Source: a virus | Direction: 5' to 3' (one strand) | Length of the DNA: 41,022 bases | IMG/VR virus record: IMGVR_UViG_3300002772_000001 | Location: 1-41,022 of that record | Shown here: in pieces, positions 19,458-27,945 of the stretch | Layout of the letters: each line of letters opens with the position of its first letter | How positions within the stretch are numbered: position 1 is the first letter of the stretch | Notes under the pieces: generated by a model | Told to the model about the DNA's origin: nothing | Databases searched by the model: none | The model's input: only the letters and a program-made list of their open reading frames with translations | Translations under genes and position numbers: made by a program

Positions 19458-20032
19458 CGCCCCGCCTCATCAAACTGCGTCTTGGTGAACATCAGTGGGA
19501 AAGCTCCCATCACCTTCATGAATCCGTTCGGGCTGATCTGCAGATCCAGCACTGATGTCACGGCGACTAGCTGGCCGTCCATGCTGAAAAGGCCACTGCC
19601 GCTATCGCCGAAGTAGCCGTTGTAGTCGATGACGTACAGCGTCTGGCCGTTGATGACGGCATAGCCCGACACATATCCATGCCGGTACATGTCGCGCAAC
19701 CTGCCGGGGTTGCCGAGGTTGAACACTTCCTCGCCCTGGTACACATCGGGCCTCACTTCCACCCAATGTGTATAGGTTGCGGTTACGCGGACGATCGCAT
19801 GGTCACGATGGTCAAGCTCAACCCGTAGCACTTCAACGGGAACGCTATCGACCGCGAGATTCTTTGTGCCGGTCAGGCAGTGTTCGGCGGTCAGGATCGC
19901 ATGCGGTCCAATCACCGTTCCGCTACAGGTGCCATCATCCATTCCCAGCAGAACGGTGGCGTTGTGCACTCGCGCAATCGGGCTGACGCAGCTCGCCAGC
20001 CCCACACACAGTAGGGCTGCGAGGATGCGCAT
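19454..20032 (-). CDS. Trypsin-like (S1) serine protease with lipoprotein signal peptide (192 aa)
   Basis: Lipobox LLCVGLASC. Catalytic His context LTAEHC. Ser context GDSGSGLF. TAG-free. Stop TGA. Confidence 0.7.
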   Translation of the reverse strand: MRILAALLCVGLASCVSPIARVHNATVLLGMDDGTCSGTVIGPHAILTAEHCLTGTKNLAVDSVPVEVLRVELDHRDHAIVRVTATYTHWVEVRPDVYQGEEVFNLGNPGRLRDMYRHGYVSGYAVINGQTLYVIDYNGYFGDSGSGLFSMDGQLVAVTSVLDLQISPNGFMKVMGAFPLMFTKTQFDEAGR

Positions 20033-20035
20033 GGG

Positions 20036-20302
20036 TTAGCAGCGAATGGTTAGCGGGTTAATGGGGTCGCAAGCAATGTATGCAGGACGCTGGTATGTTT
20101 CAAATCGGCGCATCGCATCGCAAGGCACGTCACATCGAGCTGGCGCAGCAGTCATTGGAATCACTCGCTGCCCATAGCCCGCCTGAATGGCGCCGCAGTG
20201 GCTACATTTAGGTGGCGGCGGCGGCGCTATGCTTGACCATGCACCTTGGTGAGCCATGACATTCCCGCCACAAATAGAGCAGGCGCCAATACAGGTGAGC
20301 AT
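20036..20302 (-). CDS. Cys-rich hypothetical protein (88 aa)
   Basis: Complete ORF with CxxC-type pairs (CSICGG, CSHCG). Confidence 0.45.
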   Translation of the reverse strand: MLTCIGACSICGGNVMAHQGAWSSIAPPPPPKCSHCGAIQAGYGQRVIPMTAAPARCDVPCDAMRRFETYQRPAYIACDPINPLTIRC

Positions 20303-20305
20303 GGT

Positions 20306-20515
20306 TTAGCTCGCCTTGGCTTCGTATGGAGCTTCTTTGACGATCAGATAGCGTGTGCTGGTGATGCCAGCCTGCGTCATCGCGGTCGGGTAATCGCAGC
20401 GCAGCGTCTCGGCCAATTTGTCTGACTCGCCTTCCGGGTAGCCCTTATCCCATACCTCGACGATGACCTTCCAGTCAGAAGTGTCGGCATTCTCGATGCG
20501 GATTTGCTTGGTCAT
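20306..20515 (-). CDS. Hypothetical protein (69 aa)
   Basis: Complete ORF, tightly spaced with its neighbours. Confidence 0.5.
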   Translation of the reverse strand: MTKQIRIENADTSDWKVIVEVWDKGYPEGESDKLAETLRCDYPTAMTQAGITSTRYLIVKEAPYEAKAS

Positions 20516-20602
20516 TGGTTAGGCGTCCGTAGACTTCTTGGTAACGGCGGAATCAGCGACGTTTGAGCCGAAGTACAGGCCCAGCGTCCATGTTAAATAG
20601 CT

Positions 20603-21325
20603 TTACAAAAGCGTTTGTATGCGACAACTCTTTGATAGATTATCTTTCGCCCAAAGCGGCCGGAGATTCGTTAGCGCCCACGCGCGGCGCAATTCGGGGT
20701 CGTCCGATCCGGTAATCGTGAAGCTCGCCAGCGGAATGATGTGATCGACATGCCATTTGCCGTAGTTGTCCCAGCTCATGCCCTTAGCGAATTGGCGTTC
20801 CAGATGGGCGCGAAGTTCATCCTTCCCGTACCAAAGAAGATCAATCCATCGTCTGCCACACTTCTTGTCGCGCAAAACACCCCATATCTGACGCCCCATG
20901 CGCCTAGCTGGGCCGCGCATGCTGGCGGACTTTCGCTTGCGTAATAGTTCGGCGTTGCCCGGTGCCGACTTCCATTTATCCAAACTTTTACGCTGGGACG
21001 CTTTGGACTTTTCCGGGTTAGCGGATCGCCATTTAGACGCCCTATCCTTTACGGTACCCTTATTTTCCAGATACCACTTTTGAAGTCTTTCTTTGGCTTT
21101 TTCACGATTTCTAGCATGCCATTCTCGGCTAATAGCCAAGTCTCTTTCTCGGCGCCCTGGATTATTGAGCTGTATCTCCATCGCCCTTGTGCGATCACAT
21201 ATACGGCAGATTGAGTTATATCCGTCCGAATTTCGCGCCTTCCTGGTGAACCCCTCAAGGGGCTTTTCCAAACCGCACCGCGTGCAGGATTTCGTCACTT
21301 TGTCATTCACGGCGGCGTCTCGCAC
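20603..21325 (-). CDS. HNH endonuclease (homing-endonuclease-like, 240 aa)
   Basis: C-terminal motif WHVDHIIPL...NLRPLWAKDNLSK. N-terminal CxxC...CxxC. Locally lower GC than its flanks. Inserted between the endolysin and the rest of the lysis cassette. Confidence 0.8.
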   Translation of the reverse strand: MRDAAVNDKVTKSCTRCGLEKPLEGFTRKARNSDGYNSICRICDRTRAMEIQLNNPGRRERDLAISREWHARNREKAKERLQKWYLENKGTVKDRASKWRSANPEKSKASQRKSLDKWKSAPGNAELLRKRKSASMRGPARRMGRQIWGVLRDKKCGRRWIDLLWYGKDELRAHLERQFAKGMSWDNYGKWHVDHIIPLASFTITGSDDPELRRAWALTNLRPLWAKDNLSKSCRIQTLL

Positions 21326-21771
21326 AATTTGCGTTCGGCAGCGCGGCGCTTGACCAGCCCATTTAGCTGACGGCCTTGGCTATACGTCCACCTGCTCAGC
21401 TCGCCGCAGAACGGCAGTCCAGCGTTAAGTTTGCGCATCAGTCCGGAATGACAGGCGGCGGTCGCGCCAACGTTGTATTCCCAGCTCAGGATGGCAGCAG
21501 CTTGGTTGCGCGTGATCGGCCGCTGAATACACGGCTCAACCTTGGCCCACTCGATGGCTAGGCGCTTGTCGAGCCGCTGCAGGCATTCATCCATCGTGGC
21601 ATGCATACCCAGCCTGATATCCGGGCCTGTCTCGCCAGCGCACAACGTCGCGGTGCCATTCACATCGTCGTAGGTGTGCGGGACAACGCCCTCGTAGTGC
21701 GCAACCAATGGCGGCACGATCATCAGCAACGCTCCGATGGCTATGCCGGATCTGCCCTTAGGCGCCGGCAT
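21307..21771 (-). CDS. SAR endolysin, T4/P21-type lysozyme (GH24), 154 aa
   Basis: N-terminal weakly hydrophobic Gly/Ala-rich segment GIAIGALLMIVPPLVA, followed by the catalytic E-D-T spacing (YEGVVPHTYDDVNGTATLCAGET). Confidence 0.8.
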   Translation of the reverse strand: MPAPKGRSGIAIGALLMIVPPLVAHYEGVVPHTYDDVNGTATLCAGETGPDIRLGMHATMDECLQRLDKRLAIEWAKVEPCIQRPITRNQAAAILSWEYNVGATAACHSGLMRKLNAGLPFCGELSRWTYSQGRQLNGLVKRRAAERKLCETPP

Positions 21772-21985
21772 CGGGCGGGTAATCCGCGTCGTGACGGTGC
21801 TTGAATGCGCCCCACTTCAATTTTGCCCACTGATACAGTCGGTAGATTTGCTGAATAATCACGAACACCGAGCAGATCGCCGCCAGCTGATAGCTCAACG
21901 TGTCCCAGCGATAGCCCGCGAGGGATGTGACCGCCACACCCACCGGGTAACTGACTTTCAAGACGTCCAAGACACTTTCCCGCAT
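21758..21985 (-). CDS. Holin (probably a pinholin, 75 aa, two TMDs)
   Basis: Two hydrophobic segments and a charged C-terminus. Lies immediately upstream of, and overlapping, the SAR endolysin. Confidence 0.6.
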   Translation of the reverse strand: MRESVLDVLKVSYPVGVAVTSLAGYRWDTLSYQLAAICSVFVIIQQIYRLYQWAKLKWGAFKHRHDADYPPDAGA

Positions 21986-22026
21986 TGGCGTATTCCTGTG
22001 ATGGCCGCCAGTGCGGGCCTGTGGGG

Positions 22027-22338
22027 TTATTTGATGGGTGTCACTTTGCCGGGCTTGCGGCTGGGGCAGCGCATGGAGCCGGTGGCGTTGTCCTCACCCG
22101 TGATCGCGCCGGTCTTGTACTCGACGAACAGGGCGTTGAAGCCGTGCGTATCGGCATACCAAGCGGTGCCGTGCGGGAAGATGACCTGACCCTTTTCGCA
22201 CTCGACGTATTCGGACTCGCCGTCAAGCTCGACCTCGATTTCGCCAAGGTCGATTTCTTCGTCCTCGGGTTCGTCGGTCATGGCTGCCTCGTTGAATTGG
22301 TCCGGGATAGCGCACCACGGCTGCGTTGACTGGCTCAC
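22027..22338 (-). CDS. Acidic hypothetical protein (103 aa), first gene after the late leader
   Basis: Complete ORF. Stop TAA 22027-22029. Confidence 0.5.
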   Translation of the reverse strand: MSQSTQPWCAIPDQFNEAAMTDEPEDEEIDLGEIEVELDGESEYVECEKGQVIFPHGTAWYADTHGFNALFVEYKTGAITGEDNATGSMRCPSRKPGKVTPIK

Positions 22339-22650
22339 GCCGGTCGTTTCGGTGTCCGCTGCTATGGCGGCATTTCAGGCCGTCCGGCATGGCCGAGACG
22401 CACCGAAATGGATTGGGAAACGGCTGTCGTCACAGCCTCACTGCGCACGGGTTACAAATCGACGGCCAGGTAACCGGGCCTCCCGAGATCGCCACACCCG
22501 CTAAAGCGTGGCCGTTATATGCACAGTTCCCAAAGGTGAAACCGCCTCGATCTTTCAGGGATGTTGGCGGCGTGAGGCGGTGAAAGTTCACTTTTCGTCT
22601 CACTCGCGTCCACGCTACATCATGAATCGGCGATCTAGATTTCCGTTCAG

Positions 22651-23145
22651 TTATTTGTTTCGGCGTTCCCGTATCAGGACTTGCCGGTATGCCGAGCCAA
22701 GATGCAGCAGGTAGGTATTCAGGCTCGCACTCAGCCGGTCGCGGATGCCGTCACGCAACCGCTTGTAAGTTTTCGGATCGACGCTGAGGTCAGCGGCCAT
22801 CACGGTATGCGGCAACATCGGCTCCATGTAGATAAGCAGGTGCAGCGCATCCAATCCGGCCACGCCTGCCAGTGTCGGCGTGTACGTCGTGCGCTTGACC
22901 GCGCCATCCAAGCAGGCAGCAATGGCGAATTCATGCACCCAGCGTTTCAGCTTCGGAATGTGCAGGTAGTCGCCCGCGTACACGGTACGGAACATCTCCC
23001 AATTTGGGAAGCCGTTGTTGAACTCAAGACGGCACAGGCGATCAGCGTCGATCAGCGTGCCGTGAACCTCGCTGACCATGCAGGTATCAATGTCGCGCCC
23101 GCGCAGATCATAGTCACCAACTGGGGATTTCATGACGGCGTTCAT
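22651..23145 (-). CDS. Hypothetical protein, last gene of the early operon (position of a late-gene regulator such as Q)
   Basis: ATG 23145 overlaps the upstream TGA (ATGA). Followed by a 310-nt non-coding leader. The regulator role is positional inference only. Confidence 0.45.
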   Translation of the reverse strand: MNAVMKSPVGDYDLRGRDIDTCMVSEVHGTLIDADRLCRLEFNNGFPNWEMFRTVYAGDYLHIPKLKRWVHEFAIAACLDGAVKRTTYTPTLAGVAGLDALHLLIYMEPMLPHTVMAADLSVDPKTYKRLRDGIRDRLSASLNTYLLHLGSAYRQVLIRERRNK

Positions 23146-23885
23146 GCCGCCACCTTCAACCTTGCATACCTCGGCTCGCACCGCGTCGATTGCGAATAGG
23201 TGCCACAGTCCTTGCACTGATACCGGACATACTTACGCGTCTGCTTGAGCGAGTAGCCACGGCGGATCAGGCGTTCACTGGCGCAGTTCGGGCAGCATTC
23301 CCCATCCTCGATCGAGGCGTTAGGCAGGCCAAGCACCCAGCCCTTTTCGTGCAGTTTGTCGAATACGGCCTCGGTGATCTTCACGTCGCCGATGTTGTAT
23401 TTGCGCATCAGGGCTTGCGCTTTCGGATCGCCGGCCAGCACATCTGTCCATAGCTCAAAGCCGCCCGTATCGACCTTCTTGCCGACGCCAAGCCACTGTG
23501 CGACGTAGTCCAGCTTGTAGCTCGGCAACGCGACCTGCCGGCGCACCGACTTCATCAGGTCGATTTTTGCGAATGGCGATGACTTACTCAGGCCGCACTT
23601 GAGGAATTGAGCCTGAATCCAGCGAATGTCGAACTTGTCGGAGTTCCAGCCGATGACACCATCCGCTTCGTCGAACAGGCGCAACAGCTCGCGGGCCATA
23701 CCTTTCTCGCCATCGGACCATAGCGACTTGAAGATCATTTCGCGGCTATCGTGGAACTTGGCGGCAAAGCACAGCAAGCCACCAGGCCGGCGAATCTGGT
23801 TAATGGCGACGAACTGCTTATGAAGCCCCCACGTATAGACCTCATTTGGGCGCGTTTCGATGTCTATAGTGAGAAGACGACTCAT
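23142..23885 (-). CDS. DEDD-type 3'-5' exonuclease (DnaQ/PolB-exo-like) with C-terminal zinc ribbon
   Basis: Motifs TIDIET, GWNSDKFDIRW and YNIGDVKITE. C-terminal CPNC...CKDC. Confidence 0.65.
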   Translation of the reverse strand: MSRLLTIDIETRPNEVYTWGLHKQFVAINQIRRPGGLLCFAAKFHDSREMIFKSLWSDGEKGMARELLRLFDEADGVIGWNSDKFDIRWIQAQFLKCGLSKSSPFAKIDLMKSVRRQVALPSYKLDYVAQWLGVGKKVDTGGFELWTDVLAGDPKAQALMRKYNIGDVKITEAVFDKLHEKGWVLGLPNASIEDGECCPNCASERLIRRGYSLKQTRKYVRYQCKDCGTYSQSTRCEPRYARLKVAA

Positions 23886-23894
23886 GAATAATCC

Positions 23895-24098
23895 TTAGTC
23901 AAGGAGCTGCTTAACTTTGGCCGCAACGCGAATAGCGCGTTCGGAATCTGCGATATGGTCATCGCGTTCCTGCTTGAGCGTTTCCGCCTTAGCGTGCTTT
24001 TGATCGGCGGTGGCGCGGAGATCCTCGGCCAAACTTAGAAGCTGCGCGCACTTCTTTTCCAGATCACCAACAATTGAACTGACAGTTTTATTAAACAT
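23895..24098 (-). CDS. Coiled-coil hypothetical protein (67 aa)
   Basis: Complete ORF. Stop TAA. Confidence 0.5.
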   Translation of the reverse strand: MFNKTVSSIVGDLEKKCAQLLSLAEDLRATADQKHAKAETLKQERDDHIADSERAIRVAAKVKQLLD

Positions 24099-24140
24099 GG
24101 CTGATCCTCTTTTGGCTTGTTTTGGGTTTTAAAGTCCGCT

Positions 24141-24848
24141 TCACAGTCGATCATCCGGCAACGTAACGTGATGCAACGGGTGTTGCGGATCGGTTACACA
24201 TGTAGCTTTTGGAGCTACATGCCCAACATCGCCGATGCCGAAACCTTTCAATTCCTCGGGGGTCAGCAAGTCGCGCACCCCGTCAAGCTCAGCTTGCGTA
24301 GCAATGCGGCTGCCAGCGTTCGGCGATTTTGCGGCAATGCCAGCGTTCGGGCTGAAACTGGCAAGATAGGCTGATTCGGCGGGGATGCCCTGAACGATGC
24401 TGAAATCCGCATCGGTGCCGACGACGTGCCAGTTGTTCGCGTCTTGCGCCTGCGCAGTGGCCGTGGTTTCGTCGTATAGCTGGCGGGCCGTCTTGGGTTG
24501 CCACGCTGGCGGCTTCTTCAACCAACGGTCCATGCGTGCGACAGACAATGCTGCCTCACACTCTTCCTGCAACGCGGCCAGCGCACGCCATGCAACCTTC
24601 GTACGGTGCCTGACGCCATCGGTATCAATCGTGCCGCGCGCCACGAAATGACGCAGCAGGCAGTCGTCGTGATCGGTGGACTTCGTGCGATCCCAGTGCA
24701 GCGGCTTGCCGGGATTGTGCTGGGCATTCCCGATACAGGATAGCTGGGCTACGGCAACCAGCGCGTCAGTGAAGTAGTCGAACAGGCCGGACGCGAGCGG
24801 GATGGCTTTTCGTGCAGCTGCGTCGCTGGGGAGTGAGTTGTTCACCAC
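24141..24848 (-). CDS. Protein with a DUF5664-like / dNTP-diphosphohydrolase-like N-terminal domain (235 aa)
   Basis: Motif IPLASGLFDYF..AL.AVAQLS..GNAQHNPGKPLHWDRTKSTDH.D..LRH resembles that family, from memory. Confidence 0.4.
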   Translation of the reverse strand: MVNNSLPSDAAARKAIPLASGLFDYFTDALVAVAQLSCIGNAQHNPGKPLHWDRTKSTDHDDCLLRHFVARGTIDTDGVRHRTKVAWRALAALQEECEAALSVARMDRWLKKPPAWQPKTARQLYDETTATAQAQDANNWHVVGTDADFSIVQGIPAESAYLASFSPNAGIAAKSPNAGSRIATQAELDGVRDLLTPEELKGFGIGDVGHVAPKATCVTDPQHPLHHVTLPDDRL

Positions 24849-25012
24849 ACCACCCCGCGAAGTTCCTCGACGCGGGCGCGGTGGTCAGCCTTGACGCTGG
24901 CGATGAGCTTCGTTGCGAGTTCATGCTGCCCGGAGCGCATAAGATCGGCGGCATGCGCCACGCGTCGCTGAAACTTCTTCGTCCAGCCGAAACAAACGGT
25001 TCGTTTCTTCAT
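24842..25012 (-). CDS. Small basic hypothetical protein (56 aa)
   Basis: ATG 25012 with GAGGG upstream. Stop TGA 24842-24844. In the same frame as, and 36 nt downstream of, the TAG that ends the preceding gene. Confidence 0.4.
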   Translation of the reverse strand: MKKRTVCFGWTKKFQRRVAHAADLMRSGQHELATKLIASVKADHRARVEELRGVVW

Positions 25013-25048
25013 TGCACCAACCCTCTTAGGACTGGTGCCAGTAAATCC

Positions 25049-25345
25049 CTATTTCGTGCAAGCCATCCTTGAAAACCTTGCACTATCTTTGTTGCCATCA
25101 CTGGCAAGGTAATAGACGTTCCTCCGACTCACTCCGAGTCGCTCCGCCGTAACATCCGGCCCCAGCGTCGGCAGCAACTTCGCCGCCTCAATAGCTTTGC
25201 GGTCACGGTTTGCGCCCTCGTCAATGGCTATCATGTTATTTATGGTTTCCGCGCTGAACTTCTCGCAGCGAGCAACTGACCAGCCGCAATCGTGCAGCAG
25301 CTCGGCCAGCTCACCCAACTTCGCATGTGCGGCTTGGCTAATCAT
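25049..25345 (-). CDS. HTH-containing hypothetical protein (98 aa); terminates at TAG
   Basis: C-terminal HTH-like TAERLGVSRRNVYYL. The stop codon is TAG (25049-25051). Confidence 0.55.
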   Translation of the reverse strand: MISQAAHAKLGELAELLHDCGWSVARCEKFSAETINNMIAIDEGANRDRKAIEAAKLLPTLGPDVTAERLGVSRRNVYYLASDGNKDSARFSRMACTK

Positions 25346-25348
25346 GTT

Positions 25349-25747
25349 TCACCCCTTCAAGTAATCAAGGATCGTAGCTTTCGCCGCTTCCCAACCTTTG
25401 CAGACCGCCACGCGATAGCCCGCATTGCCGAGGAATAGGTGGCACTCGGCTTGTTCGGGATCGACGCGGCCACCTTTAACTCGCTTGAGTTCGACATATA
25501 GGCCATGAAATCCGCCGCGCGATACAGGCAGGCACAGATCGGGAATCCCTTTCTTCACGCCCGACTTCTTCAACTTCACCGCCGTCACGATATTCACGAA
25601 CGCGCCGTTCGGGATCGAATGAAGCCAGCGCAGCTCGGGATACTTCTTGCTTGCCAGTTCCGCCCATTCCATCAGCGCCGATTGCTCGTCGTACTCGGTC
25701 GGTACGGGAGGTTTCGGCGCAGTGAGCTTGAAGGGCTTGGCGGTCAT
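25349..25747 (-). CDS. VRR-NUC domain nuclease (132 aa)
   Basis: Motifs EQSALMEW, PNG, KKGIPDL, YVELK and PEQ..C..FL...GY.V.VC. Confidence 0.7.
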   Translation of the reverse strand: MTAKPFKLTAPKPPVPTEYDEQSALMEWAELASKKYPELRWLHSIPNGAFVNIVTAVKLKKSGVKKGIPDLCLPVSRGGFHGLYVELKRVKGGRVDPEQAECHLFLGNAGYRVAVCKGWEAAKATILDYLKG

Positions 25748-25992
25748 GCCGCCTTCTTCTCATAGCTGCGCAGCGAATACAGGAACACCTTATCCTTCCC
25801 TGACCGCTTCATCTCTGGCGGCAAATAGAACGGGCGGCGCGTTAGCTTCTTCGTCTTGACGAGATAGCACAGCGTCCCCGTAACGCGATTGGCTGTGACA
25901 CCAAGCTCAAGGACAAAATCATCGACGGTTCCCGGACCTTCTGCGAACACGTCAAGGATTTTCTTGCAAACAGAGTTTTCGTGGGTCGGCAT
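25744..25992 (-). CDS. Hypothetical (winged-helix-like) protein (82 aa)
   Basis: ATG 25992 overlaps the upstream TGA. The longer listed ORF start is implausible. Confidence 0.5.
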   Translation of the reverse strand: MPTHENSVCKKILDVFAEGPGTVDDFVLELGVTANRVTGTLCYLVKTKKLTRRPFYLPPEMKRSGKDKVFLYSLRSYEKKAA

Positions 25993-26279
25993 CACTTCAC
26001 CTTCAGCACAAGTTGTCCGGCGTCGATCAGCCGGGAATGGGTTAGGACGATGGCGCGATCCATCTGCGCGCGGCGTTCGGCGCGGTCTAGGAGCCGCCCG
26101 TTGTCGATTTCGTGATGGCACTCGGGGCAGAGTGCAGCGGTCATATACGCGGCGGATTTCTGACCCATTCCGCGATCCTGATTGGAATGGGCGACCTGCA
26201 CTCCCCACTTGCCGCATAGGCTGCATGTTTCCAGGCTGGCGACGGCAGCGAACCACTTACGGTCGGCGGCAGTGGTCAT
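25992..26279 (-). CDS. YbcO/DUF1364-like putative nuclease (95 aa)
   Basis: Pattern C..CGKWG.QVAH...G.G.K......ALCPECHHEID. Confidence 0.5.
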   Translation of the reverse strand: MTTAADRKWFAAVASLETCSLCGKWGVQVAHSNQDRGMGQKSAAYMTAALCPECHHEIDNGRLLDRAERRAQMDRAIVLTHSRLIDAGQLVLKVK

Positions 26280-26500
26280 GCAGCTAGCTCATTGCAATTA
26301 GGACATGGGATTCCGCGCTTGGCCTTAGTTACCGAGATGGCAAGCCAGTCGGTTACGTGATCGCAAATCAGACAATTCATGCGAACGGTGGCTAGTCCAT
26401 CATCGTAATCATCGTGGGACGCATCGCAGACATGCATTAGCCTTTTAGGCTTGGCGCGCGGTGGCTTAAGTTCGACAAACATATCGGGTAGTCGATTCAT
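26276..26500 (-). CDS. Zinc-ribbon hypothetical protein (74 aa)
   Basis: CLICDH...CPNCN. ATGA couplings at both ends. Confidence 0.5.
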   Translation of the reverse strand: MNRLPDMFVELKPPRAKPKRLMHVCDASHDDYDDGLATVRMNCLICDHVTDWLAISVTKAKRGIPCPNCNELAA

Positions 26501-26925
26501 GCGACCCTCCTCTGCTCACCCTCATACGGCTCAGGGATATACGCACCACATTGCGCAGCGGCACGGAACACGACGGTCTCAAGCAGTTCGCCGAACGCCT
26601 TGGCATCCATGACATTCCGCTTGCCGTTTTCATCGCGTGTCGTGGTGCGGAATGGCACGCTCTCGACGCCCTGCGGATTACATGGCGTCTTAGGGCACTT
26701 GCGGTCTACCCATCCGAAAAATTGTCCACACACCCACTGGTGTATGTCTTCCACCGTGTAGCCCATCGCCTCGGCAATCGGGCCGTAGCACACGCCGAAC
26801 AGGTAAGCGTTCTGCGGATGCGTGCGCTCTTTCTTCCAAGCCTTCGCCGATACTTCCAGCGGCAGCTTGAGCGTGTGCAGGAACGTAACCCAGCGGGATA
26901 GCTCGGCAGGATTGGTGATCTTCAT
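26497..26925 (-). CDS. NinB-like recombination mediator (about 142 aa)
   Basis: Size, nin-region position and a THPQNAYLFGV..GPIAE-type motif. Start taken as ATG 26925. Confidence 0.45.
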   Translation of the reverse strand: MKITNPAELSRWVTFLHTLKLPLEVSAKAWKKERTHPQNAYLFGVCYGPIAEAMGYTVEDIHQWVCGQFFGWVDRKCPKTPCNPQGVESVPFRTTTRDENGKRNVMDAKAFGELLETVVFRAAAQCGAYIPEPYEGEQRRVA

Positions 26926-27105
26926 AACGGCCACCCGCACGCCTTAGCCAGTCCGCGATAGACCGGCATCGCCTCAGCCAGCGCCATCATTTCCGATGCC
27001 TTAGCGCGCCAGTGCGACCGATGCGTGCCAGATTGGTCGTAATGGCCTGCACCGTTGCGCGAGTCGCAGATTTCACGGGCGAGGGATTCGAGTTTTCGAA
27101 GTTGG

Positions 27106-27945
27106 TCATGCGATCAGCCTCTGTTGTGCCTGCATCGCATGCGCGGGCTCGTTAAACCAAAGAGACTCCACGCGCTCCCTCGCTCCATCCGCGTGAGCTG
27201 CACGATCAACGCGGAACCAGTCGCCATATAATCCGTTATAGAGTTCGGACGGATAGCCGGAAAGAACGACCATTCCCTTAAGCCGCTTAAGTCCATCTGC
27301 CAAAGTTACGTGCTGCTCGTCAGAAAGCTCATGCTTATAAGACTTTCGCTTAAGGTCATGATTGACTTTCACGGATCTGGTTGAATGCACATATGGCGGA
27401 TCAACGTAATGCAGTGTTTCTTCACCGTCCTGATGCACCATCACTGCCATTGCATCGCGTTGCTCGATTACCACGCCGCGCAGCCTTTCGATTAACGGCT
27501 CAACTGCGTCAGCATAGTTAGCCCAGTCATGCGCCGGCGTCGTTCCACTGCGACTGCTATTAGCTCGGAATCCAGATAGCTCACCACATGCAGCGGCGCT
27601 GCCGAACCCCTGAAAGCTGCGCAGAATTGTTCGCCGAGCCTGCTCGATGGGATCGTTAGATGGAACATATGCGGCAACGAACTCAGCCCTACTGAAGGGC
27701 GTAAGACGTATTGCTTCATGCAGCGCGGCGCCGTGGTCACGCATAACACGAAACACGTTGACTATCTCGCCATCCAGGTCGTTGTAGACCTCTGCATAGC
27801 TGCGCGGCTTCCTGAGTAATACCGAGCCACCACCGCCGAATGGTTCAACATAAACCCGGTGCGGCGGAAGGTTGGTGATTATCCACGGGGCCAACTTCCA
27901 TTTCCCGCCGTGATAACGAACAATTGGTCTTGTGAGAGATTTCAC
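27106..27945 (-). CDS. dam: N6-adenine DNA methyltransferase (Dam/D12 class)
   Basis: YHGGKW near the N-terminus. Motif I EPFGGGGSV. Motif IV VDPPY. GTG 27945 overlaps the upstream TGA. Confidence 0.85.
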   Translation of the reverse strand: MKSLTRPIVRYHGGKWKLAPWIITNLPPHRVYVEPFGGGGSVLLRKPRSYAEVYNDLDGEIVNVFRVMRDHGAALHEAIRLTPFSRAEFVAAYVPSNDPIEQARRTILRSFQGFGSAAACGELSGFRANSSRSGTTPAHDWANYADAVEPLIERLRGVVIEQRDAMAVMVHQDGEETLHYVDPPYVHSTRSVKVNHDLKRKSYKHELSDEQHVTLADGLKRLKGMVVLSGYPSELYNGLYGDWFRVDRAAHADGARERVESLWFNEPAHAMQAQQRLIA

